The notes beneath the pieces were generated by a model. That model had not been told where the DNA came from. It searched no databases and saw only the letters and a program-made list of their open reading frames with translations. The position numbers and the translations under genes are program-made. DNA of 42,119 bases. It comes from Actinobacteria bacterium UBA7422 (GTDB lineage: Bacteria; Actinomycetota; Actinomycetes; S36-B12). Shown here in pieces: positions 21,003 through 29,982 of this stretch (position 1 is its first letter; every line of letters begins with the position of its first letter). The stretch is from contig DKME01000129.1 of NCBI GenBank assembly GCA_002469525.1, forward strand, positions 8,217 to 50,335. The letters run 5' to 3'.

Positions 21003-21584
21003 CTATTGATCACGTTGATAGGCACTTCCATGGTCGTTGATCAAAATGTGCGGGGTCACACCAAGTGCAATGATGGGCGCGGTCCCATTAAGGAAGGGCA
21101 GATCCATGATTACTGCGAAACTGATTACATGAGCTCCGGTAGATTGAACCAATTCAATTGCTGCCGCTGCTGTACCGCCGGTCGCAAGAACGTCGTCTAC
21201 GATCACAACTCGATCAGCCCGAGTGAGCGAGTCTCGGTGTAATTCCAGAGCAGCACTGCCGTACTCCAATTGGTATTCTCGGCGGTGCACGGATCTGGGA
21301 AGTTTGCCTTCTTTGCGAAGTGAGATAAAGCCGCACCCAAGCTCGTATGCCAGAGCCGCACCCAGCGGGAATCCGCGGGCCTCGACTCCGACAATCATGG
21401 TCGGAGATTCTTGGCGAACGGCGTGCGCCCATGCGTTAACCGCGATGCGCAAGGTCGCGGGATTTGCAAGGATTCCTGACAGATCTTTGAAGGAAATTCC
21501 AGGAGTGGGAAAGTCTTGAACAACGACAACTTCACTCCACAGGGCGGCGAGGTCGGGCGTGGTGGATCCATGTGAATTTGTCAT
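21003..21584 (-). CDS. apt: Adenine phosphoribosyltransferase
   Basis: 193 aa. Motifs are DFPTPGISFKDLSGILANP, the PRPP loop VVIVDDVLATGGTAAAAIELV and GVEARGF. Confidence 0.9.
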   Translation of the reverse strand: MTNSHGSTTPDLAALWSEVVVVQDFPTPGISFKDLSGILANPATLRIAVNAWAHAVRQESPTMIVGVEARGFPLGAALAYELGCGFISLRKEGKLPRSVHRREYQLEYGSAALELHRDSLTRADRVVIVDDVLATGGTAAAAIELVQSTGAHVISFAVIMDLPFLNGTAPIIALGVTPHILINDHGSAYQRDQ

Positions 21585-21694
21585 GTTTGTTGCCTCACCA
21601 AGACAAGTCTAATGGCATGCTTTGGAGTGGAACCCGGCGGAGATTGTGGTGCACACCCCCCCGTTGCATCTGCTTCGTCGGGTTTCACTCTTAT

Positions 21695-21733
21695 GGCCTG
21701 ACCCCTAGGCCTGACCCATAGGCTGGACCCATG
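21695..21733. repeat. Three tandem 13-nt repeats abutting the xylB start codon
   Basis: ggcctgaccccta (21695-21707), ggcctgacccata (21708-21720) and ggctggacccatg (21721-21733). The last copy contains the ATG at 21731. Confidence 0.8.
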
Positions 21734-23137
21734 TCAGAAAAACAGTCGCTGGTCGCGGGAATTGATTCCTCAACGCAGTCGGTCAAAGTTGTCGTTCGTG
21801 ACGCCTACACCGGTGCGTTGGTGCGTGAAGCACGGGCACCTCACCCGGAGGGCACTGAAGTTGATCCACGCGCATGGTGGAGTGCGCTCGAGTCAATCCT
21901 TCCCCAGGCACTTGATGGTGTCTCGGCGATAAGTGTTGCAGGTCAGCAGCACGGCATGGTGGCCATGGATTCACAAAAAGAAGTTGTCCGTGACGCGATG
22001 TTGTGGAATGACACTCGGTCTGCTCAAGCGGCTGAAAACTTAGTGCAGGAACTTGGTGGCCCTTCCGCGTGGTCGACCGCTGTTGGGAGCGTGCCTGTTG
22101 CTGCATTTACAGTTTCAAAGTTGAAGTGGATGGCTCAACACGAGCCGGAGAATGCCAAGCGCACCGATAGTGTGTTGTTGCCGCATGACTACTTGACCTG
22201 GCTGTTGGCGGGAAAACCGACAGATCCAACGACTGACCGGGGCGATGCCAGCGGAACTGGCTACTGGTCACCGATCTCGGGTGAATACCGAACTGACCTC
22301 GTTGAACTTGCAATTGGGCACACGCTTTCCCTGCCCAGGGTCGCAGGGCCAAGTGAAATTGTCGGAACCGCGATAGGGATTGGACGGCCAGACATTGTGA
22401 TCGGGCCAGGAACCGGAGACAACATGGGAGCGGCCCTTGCCTTGGGTGTTCAGCCTGGTGACGTTGTCGTGTCACTGGGTACTTCAGGAACGGCATTCGC
22501 CGGGTCAAGTACCCCGACGCAGGATTCCACCGGGTTTGTAGCTGGCTTTGCAGACGCAACGGGACACTTCCTGCCATTGGTGTGCACCCTCAACGCTGCT
22601 CGGATTCTCACCGCCACAGCGGCAATGCTCAATGTCGATTTTAACGAGTTCGCGCGTCTCGCGCTGACGGCAGCGCCAGGTTCTGGCGGGTTGAGTTTCA
22701 TTCCTTACCTTGACGGTGAACGAACACCGAATCTGCCTGACGCTCAAGGCTCCCTGCACGGCATGACGAGAACAAATATGACCCCCGGGAATCTTGCGCG
22801 AAGTGCGATTGAAGGAATGTTCGGCGGATTGGCAGACGCTGTGGACGCTTTGACTCGTGCCGGTGCCCCGGTTAATCGGGTGATGTTGATTGGTGGGGCA
22901 GCCGCGAATCCCGCTGTCGGGGAAGTAGCAGCAACCATGTTTAGCGCACCGGTTGAGGTGCCACCCGCTGGTGAATATGTAGCCGATGGCGCGGCCAGAC
23001 AAGCAGCGTGGGTTCTCACCGGTGAGTTGCCGAACTGGACGGACAGCGGTTCTGGGAGCACACGATATTTCGAGCCCGATTACCACGGCGAGATTCGCGC
23101 GAACTTTCGCGGTGCGTGGGAGCGTATGTACGGCTGA
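21731..23137 (+). CDS. xylB: Xylulokinase (FGGY carbohydrate kinase family)
   Basis: 468 aa. The N-terminus is LVAGIDSSTQSVKVVVRDAYTGALV, with GQQHGMV, LWNDTRS and GTGDNMGAALALG; these are typical actinobacterial XylB-type FGGY kinase motifs. The sugar specificity is inferred only. Confidence 0.75.
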   Translation: MSEKQSLVAGIDSSTQSVKVVVRDAYTGALVREARAPHPEGTEVDPRAWWSALESILPQALDGVSAISVAGQQHGMVAMDSQKEVVRDAMLWNDTRSAQAAENLVQELGGPSAWSTAVGSVPVAAFTVSKLKWMAQHEPENAKRTDSVLLPHDYLTWLLAGKPTDPTTDRGDASGTGYWSPISGEYRTDLVELAIGHTLSLPRVAGPSEIVGTAIGIGRPDIVIGPGTGDNMGAALALGVQPGDVVVSLGTSGTAFAGSSTPTQDSTGFVAGFADATGHFLPLVCTLNAARILTATAAMLNVDFNEFARLALTAAPGSGGLSFIPYLDGERTPNLPDAQGSLHGMTRTNMTPGNLARSAIEGMFGGLADAVDALTRAGAPVNRVMLIGGAAANPAVGEVAATMFSAPVEVPPAGEYVADGAARQAAWVLTGELPNWTDSGSGSTRYFEPDYHGEIRANFRGAWERMYG

Positions 23138-23154
23138 CCCCCTAAGTTTGCCCC

Positions 23155-24015
23155 ATGGACTTCCTCACCGTGGCGCTCTTCGGATTTGTGGGAGCGGCCG
23201 CCCAGTTCGTTGACGGACTGCTTGGCATGGGGTTTGGAATTACTTCTGCTTCCCTGCTCACAATTCTTGGCTATAGCGCGGTGGCAGCCTCGGCAGGGAC
23301 TCACGCCGCAAAGGTAGGAACAACCCTGGTTTCTGGGGTGAGCCACTGGCGTGAAGGCAATGTGGACTGGCGCGTGTTGATCACGGTGGGCCTTCCTGGT
23401 GCAATCGGTTCGTTTGTCGGTGCGGTGGTCCTTGTCAATATCGCACTAGATGGCGCACGGATCTGGATGGCCGCGATCCTGTTCCTTTTAGGACTCACAA
23501 TTATTGCTCGCTTCGGTTACGGTAAATCGCTCTTTCCTGCCATGAAACTTCGCACCAGAAACTTATGGCCCATTGGTCTTTTTGGTGGTTTTGTCGATGC
23601 AACAGGTGGCGGAGGTTGGGGCCCGGTTGCGACACCTTCATTGATGACCGTCACAAAACACAAACCGCACCGGATTGTGGGAACGGTGAGCGCGGCTGAA
23701 TTCCTAGTGGCGGCTTCGGCATCTCTTGGTTTTCTATTCGGTGCGGGGGAGTCGGGAATCCCGTGGCTTGCGGTATTGGGTCTGGTGATCGGTGGCGTGA
23801 TCACAGCTCCCATTGCGGCGAAACTTGCCAAGAAAGCACCCACCGCGCCACTGGGTGTTGCTGTAGGTGGCATGGTGTTGATAGCGAACACGGCAGTGAT
23901 TGCCTCGGTGCTTGGCGTTCCGGGTGTTATCGCAGCGTCAATGGCCGCGGTGGAACTCCTTATCACCATTTTGATTGTGATTCGGGTGGTTAAGCGGGCT
24001 GCTGCACCAACGTGA
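23155..24015 (+). CDS. TauE/SafE (DUF81) family anion exporter-like membrane protein
   Basis: 286 aa, a polytopic Gly-rich membrane protein with the two-halves pattern of the TauE/SafE family (GAAAQFVDGLLGMGFGITSASLL ... GGFVDATGGGGWGPV). Confidence 0.75.
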   Translation: MDFLTVALFGFVGAAAQFVDGLLGMGFGITSASLLTILGYSAVAASAGTHAAKVGTTLVSGVSHWREGNVDWRVLITVGLPGAIGSFVGAVVLVNIALDGARIWMAAILFLLGLTIIARFGYGKSLFPAMKLRTRNLWPIGLFGGFVDATGGGGWGPVATPSLMTVTKHKPHRIVGTVSAAEFLVAASASLGFLFGAGESGIPWLAVLGLVIGGVITAPIAAKLAKKAPTAPLGVAVGGMVLIANTAVIASVLGVPGVIAASMAAVELLITILIVIRVVKRAAAPT

Positions 24016-25000
24016 ATACCTGGTCGACAATTTTCGCGACCTGAATCGATTGCCACGGACTGGGAAGCCAACCGCCGTTTCCGCGGGTAGCGTCACTGAC
24101 GTTCTCAAACATGAGTTGATATGGATCAACTGCGGCAAAACTCTCTGTGGTTGTCACCCCGTTTGACGTAATGGTCAACTCGCTCGCTTGATTGTGACTG
24201 GTGAAGGCTTGATCCCCGGGAAGGGAAATTTCACCGTGAGTTCCTTTAAGCACTAGACGCTGGGAAGAGTGCATGGCAAAAGAGGCAATAATAGCGCCAG
24301 TTCCCTTTGCGTTAGTCCCTTCAAAGCTGAACTGGGCTTTTGTCGTCAGGTCGACTCTCTCACTGTGTTTCTCCTCGCTTGCTTGAGTAACTCTGTACTC
24401 GGTTTCTTCCGCGAGTAGGGCGACAAGGCCGTGCAGCGGGTAAATGCCAACGTCGTAGAGAGCTCCACCACCCATTGCCGGATCCAATCGGTAGTTGCCT
24501 TGCGTTACTTCGTCGAATGTGAAGGTGCCCAGGTAATTAGTCGGTGAACCGATTGCTCCACCTGCAACTAGTTCCTTCACGCGTTGGGAGCGGGGATGCC
24601 ACAGCGACCAGACAGCTTCAACGAGAAGCAAGCCTTTTTCCTGTGCGTGGGCATACGCGGTGACAGTGTCTCCTGCGTTCATGACCATGGGTTTTTCACA
24701 CAGTACATGTTTGCCAGCATCGAGTGATTTAAGGATCCACGGGAGGTGCGCGTCGTTGTTCAACGAGATGTACACCGCGTCAACGTTTGGGTCTTGAATC
24801 AGTTTTTCATAGGAGTCGTACGCGACTTCGGGAGACAAACTCCGCGCCCTATTTGCATCACGCGCTGCCGCGGCGTACAACTTCCCATTCTTTGAATTGT
24901 GAAGCGACTTTGCCGTCGTACCGGTTGCAAGTCCGCCGGCGCCAATGAATCCCCAATTAACCATTGTGTTGTCAGTCATGTTCTTAGTCTCTACGATCAA
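23990..25000 (-). CDS. Gfo/Idh/MocA family oxidoreductase
   Basis: 336 aa from TTG 25000 (TTGA overlap with the upstream stop); an alternative ATG is at 24979. Rossmann start is VNWGFIGAGGLA and the EKP motif is VLCEKPMVMN. Confidence 0.8.
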   Translation of the reverse strand: MIVETKNMTDNTMVNWGFIGAGGLATGTTAKSLHNSKNGKLYAAAARDANRARSLSPEVAYDSYEKLIQDPNVDAVYISLNNDAHLPWILKSLDAGKHVLCEKPMVMNAGDTVTAYAHAQEKGLLLVEAVWSLWHPRSQRVKELVAGGAIGSPTNYLGTFTFDEVTQGNYRLDPAMGGGALYDVGIYPLHGLVALLAEETEYRVTQASEEKHSERVDLTTKAQFSFEGTNAKGTGAIIASFAMHSSQRLVLKGTHGEISLPGDQAFTSHNQASELTITSNGVTTTESFAAVDPYQLMFENVSDATRGNGGWLPSPWQSIQVAKIVDQVFTLVQQPA

Positions 25001-26064
25001 TTGTTGAGAAGCGCAGGCGATACCGGAATGCCGTTATTGGCCGCTGAAGTTTCTGCGGCTTCCATGATTGCCACGACATCCCGTGAGTCGACTGCCTGAA
25101 CCTGCATTTGTTCGCCGCTGGTCAAGAAAAGTAAAAACTCGCGGTGGAATTCGAATGGTTCAACGTAGTCAAGTTCGATTGGGGTCTTAATTCCCGATGC
25201 ATCGACAAGGAACAGCTTGGCGGGTAGGTCAGCAACGGCTGGTTCGGCGGCAGGGTCCCACTCACCAACAATCGCACCGGTGGTTCCCAGAGCGTAGAAC
25301 TTTGGCTTGCGCGCCGCTGCCAGGTCAGAGTTCACGAAACTCGCGGTTCGACCATCTGCGAAAGTAATGTCAACTTCAGCGTGGTCGGCGTTTGTCACGT
25401 GGTCCCAGTGACGTTTGTGATTGTGACCGCTGACGTGAGCAACGGTTTCTGGGAACAGGTTCACGATCTGGTCGAGGTAGTGTGAACCCCAGTCAAAAAT
25501 TGCACCGCCGGAAACATCTGCCATGGAGTGCCAGTAGTCGCACGGTCGGGAATAACCACCGACGAAAGATTCATAAGAAAATAATTCTCCGATTGCACCT
25601 TCATTGATCAAACGACGCATTGTGACAAAATCCGGATCGAATCTGCGGTTTTGGTATACAACCAAAACTCGTTTCCTCTCTGCAGCCAATGTAATGAGTT
25701 CGTCGCACTGCTTCGCGGTGAGGGCCATTGGTTTTTCCAAGATCACGTGCAGTCCACGGTTCAAAGATTCTTTTGCCCACGAGTAGTGACTGTTGGGCGG
25801 TGTGGAAATCACCACCATGTCGATCAGGCCGCTGTCGAGCATTTCCATTGAGTCGGTGAAAGGCGTTGCCTCGGGTGCGAGCTCAAGGGCCGCTGCTATC
25901 CGCTCGGAATTGAGGTCGGCGACCGCACGTAATTCGAGCCCTGGGGTGCCAGCAACCGCGAGGTTGTGCTCGTGGCCAATCGCGCCATAGGCGAGAAGCC
26001 CTACGCGTAGGGGAGTGGCCTGGGTTTGTGCGATCTGGGTACTTGTTGTGGAGGAATTAGACAC
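24997..26064 (-). CDS. Gfo/Idh/MocA family oxidoreductase
   Basis: 355 aa, GTG start. Motifs are LRVGLLAYGAIGHEH and HVILEKPMALT. Confidence 0.8.
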   Translation of the reverse strand: MSNSSTTSTQIAQTQATPLRVGLLAYGAIGHEHNLAVAGTPGLELRAVADLNSERIAAALELAPEATPFTDSMEMLDSGLIDMVVISTPPNSHYSWAKESLNRGLHVILEKPMALTAKQCDELITLAAERKRVLVVYQNRRFDPDFVTMRRLINEGAIGELFSYESFVGGYSRPCDYWHSMADVSGGAIFDWGSHYLDQIVNLFPETVAHVSGHNHKRHWDHVTNADHAEVDITFADGRTASFVNSDLAAARKPKFYALGTTGAIVGEWDPAAEPAVADLPAKLFLVDASGIKTPIELDYVEPFEFHREFLLFLTSGEQMQVQAVDSRDVVAIMEAAETSAANNGIPVSPALLNN

Positions 26065-26157
26065 GGCCTAAATTTAGTAGGTGAAAGGTAAGTGTGCAGA
26101 ACTGCGGGCAAAATGGTGCCATTCACGGTAACTTTATCTCTCACGGATCTGTGCAAG

Positions 26158-26187
26158 AACGATTCGGGTAAAAACGATCCGGGTAAT
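26158..26187. repeat. Two tandem 15-nt direct repeats in a divergent promoter region
   Basis: aacgattcgggtaaa (26158-26172) followed by aacgatccgggtaat (26173-26187). It lies between the oxidoreductase start (26064, minus) and the SDR start (26216, plus). Confidence 0.75.
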
Positions 26188-26215
26188 AATCCAAGACTCA
26201 ATGAGTGGAGTGCAC

Positions 26216-26974
26216 ATGTCTGAACAGGTTCTCGCAGGAAAAACCGCGCTGGTAACGGGTGCATCTCGCGGAATCGGTCGGGCAATTGCCCTGCGTTTCG
26301 CACATGCTGGTGCAGATGTCGCGATTGTGGCTCGAGACGCCGAGAAACTCAGCTCTCTCGCTGAGGAGATTACCTCGCTTGGGCGCACAGCTCAGGTGAT
26401 CACGGCTGATTTGTCCGCAGAGGACGCAGTCGAGTCGATCTGTTCCGCCCTTGATTTTGACTCGCTCAATATTTTGGTAAACAACGCCGGTGGCAACTCA
26501 TTCATGACCTCCACCGAAACAATGCGCCTCTCGGGTTGGCGCAAGACCCTGAATCTCAACCTCGACGCACTCGTTGCCTTAACCCAGGGTGCAATCCCTC
26601 GTCTCGTGAACTCTGGCAACGGCTCGATAATCAATGTTTCCTCGGTTGCAGGAGTTCGCGGATCACCCTTCATGTCCCACTACGGCGCTGCGAAGGCAGC
26701 AGTAATCAGCTTTAGCCGAAGTTTGGCAATTGAGCTGGCCAGTCAAGGCGTCCGCGTCAACTCACTAGTTCCCGGTTGGATCGAAACCGATCTCACTGAC
26801 TTTTTACGCACCACGCAGGAGGCCGAAGCCGGTGCACTCTCTCGGGTTCCCATGGGTCGCTGGGGTCGCGCCGAGGAGATAGCGGACGCCGCACTCTTCC
26901 TTGCGAGTGACTCCTCAAGTTTCATGACAGGGCAAGAATTGGTGATCGACGGCGGCTTGCTGGCTATGCCGTAG
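26216..26974 (+). CDS. Short-chain dehydrogenase/reductase (FabG-like)
   Basis: 252 aa from ATG 26216, with GGAG 5 nt upstream; the ORF-track ATG at 26201 lacks an RBS. Motifs are GKTALVTGASRGIGRAIA, NNAG, and the catalytic S...YGAAK. Confidence 0.85.
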   Translation: MSEQVLAGKTALVTGASRGIGRAIALRFAHAGADVAIVARDAEKLSSLAEEITSLGRTAQVITADLSAEDAVESICSALDFDSLNILVNNAGGNSFMTSTETMRLSGWRKTLNLNLDALVALTQGAIPRLVNSGNGSIINVSSVAGVRGSPFMSHYGAAKAAVISFSRSLAIELASQGVRVNSLVPGWIETDLTDFLRTTQEAEAGALSRVPMGRWGRAEEIADAALFLASDSSSFMTGQELVIDGGLLAMP

Positions 26975-27128
26975 GCCCGACGAAAAAATGCTTGCGAGTG
27001 GTTGCCGTAAAGCCTGACAAATTCGAGTTCCGGGTGCAGAATGGAGTTATGTAACAAATTGATAACTGCGCCTCACGTGGGTAGGACAATGTCTGACAGG
27101 TGAGGGCACCAACTGGGAAGGAACTGCC

Positions 27129-27629
27129 GTGAGCAACAACGTAACCAGTCGTATCAGCAGCCGTACAAGCCGGATTGAGGCTAAGTACAAGGGCCACCGG
27201 AGCGAGGATCGCTTTTTTGCGGCTCGTAACGATGCCAAACAAGCGTGCGAGAACTTACGAACGGCAATTCGAAAATCTCAGATTCATACCGTGATGCGAG
27301 ATGAACTCTTGCAAGCGGCGGACCGGGCTGAAGCATTAGTCAAAGGAGTCGAACCGACCCAGATTCACCCTGGTGCAGAAATTCGTCAGCTGGCGAAAGA
27401 GATTGAGCACCTGCAATTGGCGGAGCAGTGGGTTGCCGCAGCTGATCGAGTGTTGAATCGTCTCGGTACAGAAGGGCCGGCTGCGGCGCGAAGCGATTTA
27501 GAACAAGCTCAGGACGCTGTGATGTGGTGTGTGCGAGCTGGTGAGTGGAATGGTCAACTCACTGCCGCAGGAACACAGTTGCAGAAAGTAGTTGCCGAGG
27601 GTGAGATCCACGCAGCGCGAGTGAATTGA
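27129..27629 (+). CDS. Hypothetical protein (predicted all-helical)
   Basis: 166-aa ORF with a GTG start preceded by GGAAGGA. I recognised no family motif. It is supported only by ORF length and the lack of a competing ORF. Confidence 0.4.
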   Translation: MSNNVTSRISSRTSRIEAKYKGHRSEDRFFAARNDAKQACENLRTAIRKSQIHTVMRDELLQAADRAEALVKGVEPTQIHPGAEIRQLAKEIEHLQLAEQWVAAADRVLNRLGTEGPAAARSDLEQAQDAVMWCVRAGEWNGQLTAAGTQLQKVVAEGEIHAARVN

Positions 27630-27645
27630 GTGCTTGCTACTTGAA

Positions 27646-28005
27646 TTATCTTCGGGAGGAGGCCGCTGGGATTTTCCCGGCGGCCTTTCCTAATTTCGTG
27701 TTGCCGTGTAATTCCTCTGCCATGAATTCGCGTAAAAGATCAATGGCACGAAGGACTTTCTTGCTGCGCAGTGAATAGACAACGTTGAGTCCGTCACGTT
27801 CAGAGGACACGATCCCTCGGTCACGCAGTACGGCTAGGTGCTGGCTTGCATTTGACTGACTGATCTCTAATGCGAGGGCGAGTTCGTTCACTGACATAGG
27901 CCCGCCACGCAACTCGGTGATAAGCAGTAGTCGTTTTGGGTCGGCGATTGCTTTGCACAAGCGTGCATGAAGCTCGTGGATTTCAATTGAGAGTTCGCGG
28001 TCCAT
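27646..28005 (-). CDS. ArsR/SmtB family transcriptional regulator
   Basis: 119 aa. LCKAIADPKRLLLITELRGGPMSVNELALALEISQSNASQHLAVLRDRGIV is a classic ArsR-type wHTH. The gene lies immediately downstream of the rhodanese-MBL gene on the same strand. Confidence 0.85.
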   Translation of the reverse strand: MDRELSIEIHELHARLCKAIADPKRLLLITELRGGPMSVNELALALEISQSNASQHLAVLRDRGIVSSERDGLNVVYSLRSKKVLRAIDLLREFMAEELHGNTKLGKAAGKIPAASSRR

Positions 28006-28017
28006 GATTTGAGAAGG

Positions 28018-29184
28018 TTAGCCGAGAGTTGTTGAGGCCGCACACTGGTTCTTACCTATTTCGAGAAATTCGATTTCCTCGGCACTGACGACTTTGCCGG
28101 CATTGACAGCGCGAATCGTGTCGTAGGTATCAGGTGCACTGGGCAATGAACCGACGATTTCATGAACAAATTTCACAAGATCTTCCTCCTGCATGAGGGT
28201 GGAGGCGAAAATGTGTTCGAGGTCGGTTGAGACCAAGCCGTCAGATCCCAATTCAGCTGCCGTGGACCAGTGGGCCGGAAGCACCATGGTTGCGGGGGCG
28301 AGTGGGCGTAACCGATCGTGCACGGTATGGAACAACTCTTTTGCCAACTCGTCTGCGCTGCCGGTCAGGTCGGGTCGACCAACACCACGGACGAATACGG
28401 TGTCGCCGGTGAGTAGAAAAACCCCGGGTAGGTGAAGGCAGATGGTGCCGGGTGTATGCCCGGGCATTTTGATCGCGAATGCAGCGACCTTGGCGGTGCC
28501 TAAATCGATCTCCTCACCGTCCGCTAATGGCTCATTGGGCCAGGGAACTTTGGGACCCGCGTCCTCGATCGGTAGGTGGTAGGTGGCGCCCGTGCGTGCG
28601 GCCAATTCCGGGCCGCCAGAGATGTGGTCAGCGTGTACGTGGGTGTCCATGACATGAGTAATTTTCATGTCGTTTTGGGTCGCCAAGTTTTCGTAGAATG
28701 CAGGGAAGCGTGCCGGGTCAACAACGATCGCGTTGCCGCCCTTTGCGCCAAACATGTAGGAAATACAAGCTTTCGACGGGCGAAGAATCTGCCAACCCAG
28801 TACCGAATCCGGCATATTCGGTAGCTCTTTAGCAATTAAGAACTCCGCCCAGGCCGCCGTACCACCGTCAAGGTTGCGCACTTTTCTACCTTCGTCGGCA
28901 AGCATTTCAATGAGAAGGCTGCTGCCATTTCCGTGGGCGCAGACGACAACCGAGTCCTCAGGTATTTCAGCGGCTAAGCTTTCAACCTCTTCAACCGCAA
29001 CCCAGATTGGCACGTTTTTCATTGGTACGGGACCTGGGCCTTCAACCTGCCAGAGGGCGAATTCTTCCTGATTCCGCACGTCCAGAATGTAGGGAACGGT
29101 TCCGGTTCCGATTCCTTCGTAGAGTTCCTGGGGAGTGACGCTGCCAGGATCCTTGTGGGTTTGTGTGTGTGGTGAAGTTGTCAT
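28018..29184 (-). CDS. Rhodanese domain fused to MBL-fold metallo-hydrolase (persulfide-dioxygenase-like)
   Basis: 388 aa. The N-terminal rhodanese fold has the active-site loop VVCAHGNGSS. It is followed by the metallo-beta-lactamase motif DTHVHADHISGG and downstream His/Asp ligands (MPGHTPG, TGDTVF). Confidence 0.75.
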   Translation of the reverse strand: MTTSPHTQTHKDPGSVTPQELYEGIGTGTVPYILDVRNQEEFALWQVEGPGPVPMKNVPIWVAVEEVESLAAEIPEDSVVVCAHGNGSSLLIEMLADEGRKVRNLDGGTAAWAEFLIAKELPNMPDSVLGWQILRPSKACISYMFGAKGGNAIVVDPARFPAFYENLATQNDMKITHVMDTHVHADHISGGPELAARTGATYHLPIEDAGPKVPWPNEPLADGEEIDLGTAKVAAFAIKMPGHTPGTICLHLPGVFLLTGDTVFVRGVGRPDLTGSADELAKELFHTVHDRLRPLAPATMVLPAHWSTAAELGSDGLVSTDLEHIFASTLMQEEDLVKFVHEIVGSLPSAPDTYDTIRAVNAGKVVSAEEIEFLEIGKNQCAASTTLG

Positions 29185-29300
29185 GTTCCCTCATTTGACT
29201 GATGAACGTTTGAGTGATTAATTTTTTGATGTGAGTGAAGGCCAAGTCACTTGAAAAAAGAGTCGCTTTCGTGTGTATATGCGCAGACGCTAATACAGTT

Positions 29301-29360
29301 TCTGTTTTTTTGTAACGTTTTTGGCATTTTTTTTATTTTTTATTTTTTTTCTGTTTTCCT
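29301..29360. promoter_or_regulatory. Extreme T-rich tract in a divergent promoter region
   Basis: 43 of the 60 nt from 29301 to 29360 are T on the + strand (hand count), including runs of 7-8 T. It sits in the 262-nt gap between the rhodanese-MBL gene (minus) and the DsrE-like gene (plus). Confidence 0.5.
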
Positions 29361-29386
29361 TGTATGAAGTCGCGCGGGGGTCTAAT

Positions 29387-29411
29387 CTCACATCAGCAGC
29401 CACCGTGTGAG
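29387..29411. promoter_or_regulatory. Inverted repeat, candidate ArsR-type operator
   Basis: CTCACA (29387-29392) and TGTGAG (29406-29411) are separated by 13 nt, about 35 nt upstream of the DsrE-like start. Confidence 0.25.
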
Positions 29412-29446
29412 GACCGCTGTGAATCTGTCTACGGAATGGGGAAAGA

Positions 29447-29932
29447 GTGAGTGACGAAGCGCAAAGCATGACGATCATCGCTTTCAGCGGCGATTTAGAC
29501 AAGTTGTGGCCGACCATGATTCTCAGTTCAACAGCGGCAGCAACAGGCATGGAGGTCACCGTCTTTTACACGTTTTGGGGTTTGTTCCCCTTGGTGAAAG
29601 ACGATGTCCGCATCACGGGCAAAGACTCTATGACCAAGATGCTCTCAGGAATGAATGCACCAGGTTTTCAAGGAGCAAAACTTTCCAAAATGAACATGGG
29701 CGGCATGGGTCGTCGCATGATGCGAAAGGTTGCCAAGAAAGGCAACCTGATGCCACCTGAAGAACTCTTCGCAATCTGTGAGGATATGGGAGTCAACATG
29801 TGGCCGTGTCAAATGACCATGGACCTCCTTGGAATAAAGTCCGAGCAAATGCGACCAAATCTAGGAACACCGGTTGGTGCCGCAACGGCACTGCAGAAGA
29901 TGGCCAAATCAGACATCAGCCTTTTCATCTAA
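29447..29932 (+). CDS. DsrE/DsrF-like (DrsE_2-type) sulfur-relay family protein
   Basis: 161 aa from GTG 29447 (alternative ATG at 29468). MTIIAFSGDLDKLWPTMILSSTAAATGMEVTVFYTFWGL matches the DsrE/DsrF/DrsH-like family N-terminus. Conserved Cys residues occur near the C-terminus (FAICEDMGVNMWPCQMT). Confidence 0.7.
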   Translation: MSDEAQSMTIIAFSGDLDKLWPTMILSSTAAATGMEVTVFYTFWGLFPLVKDDVRITGKDSMTKMLSGMNAPGFQGAKLSKMNMGGMGRRMMRKVAKKGNLMPPEELFAICEDMGVNMWPCQMTMDLLGIKSEQMRPNLGTPVGAATALQKMAKSDISLFI

Positions 29933-29982
29933 TTAATCAGATCATCGAAAAATAATATTGAGTAACTAATTAAGGAGTCATA

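Noticed and set aside
23155-24015. The TauE/SafE-like permease as the sulfite exporter of the sulfur module at 27.6-34.7 kb.
   Set aside because: It is separated from that module by about 3.6 kb of sugar/oxidoreductase genes on mixed strands and abuts xylB. A functional link cannot be supported from this window.
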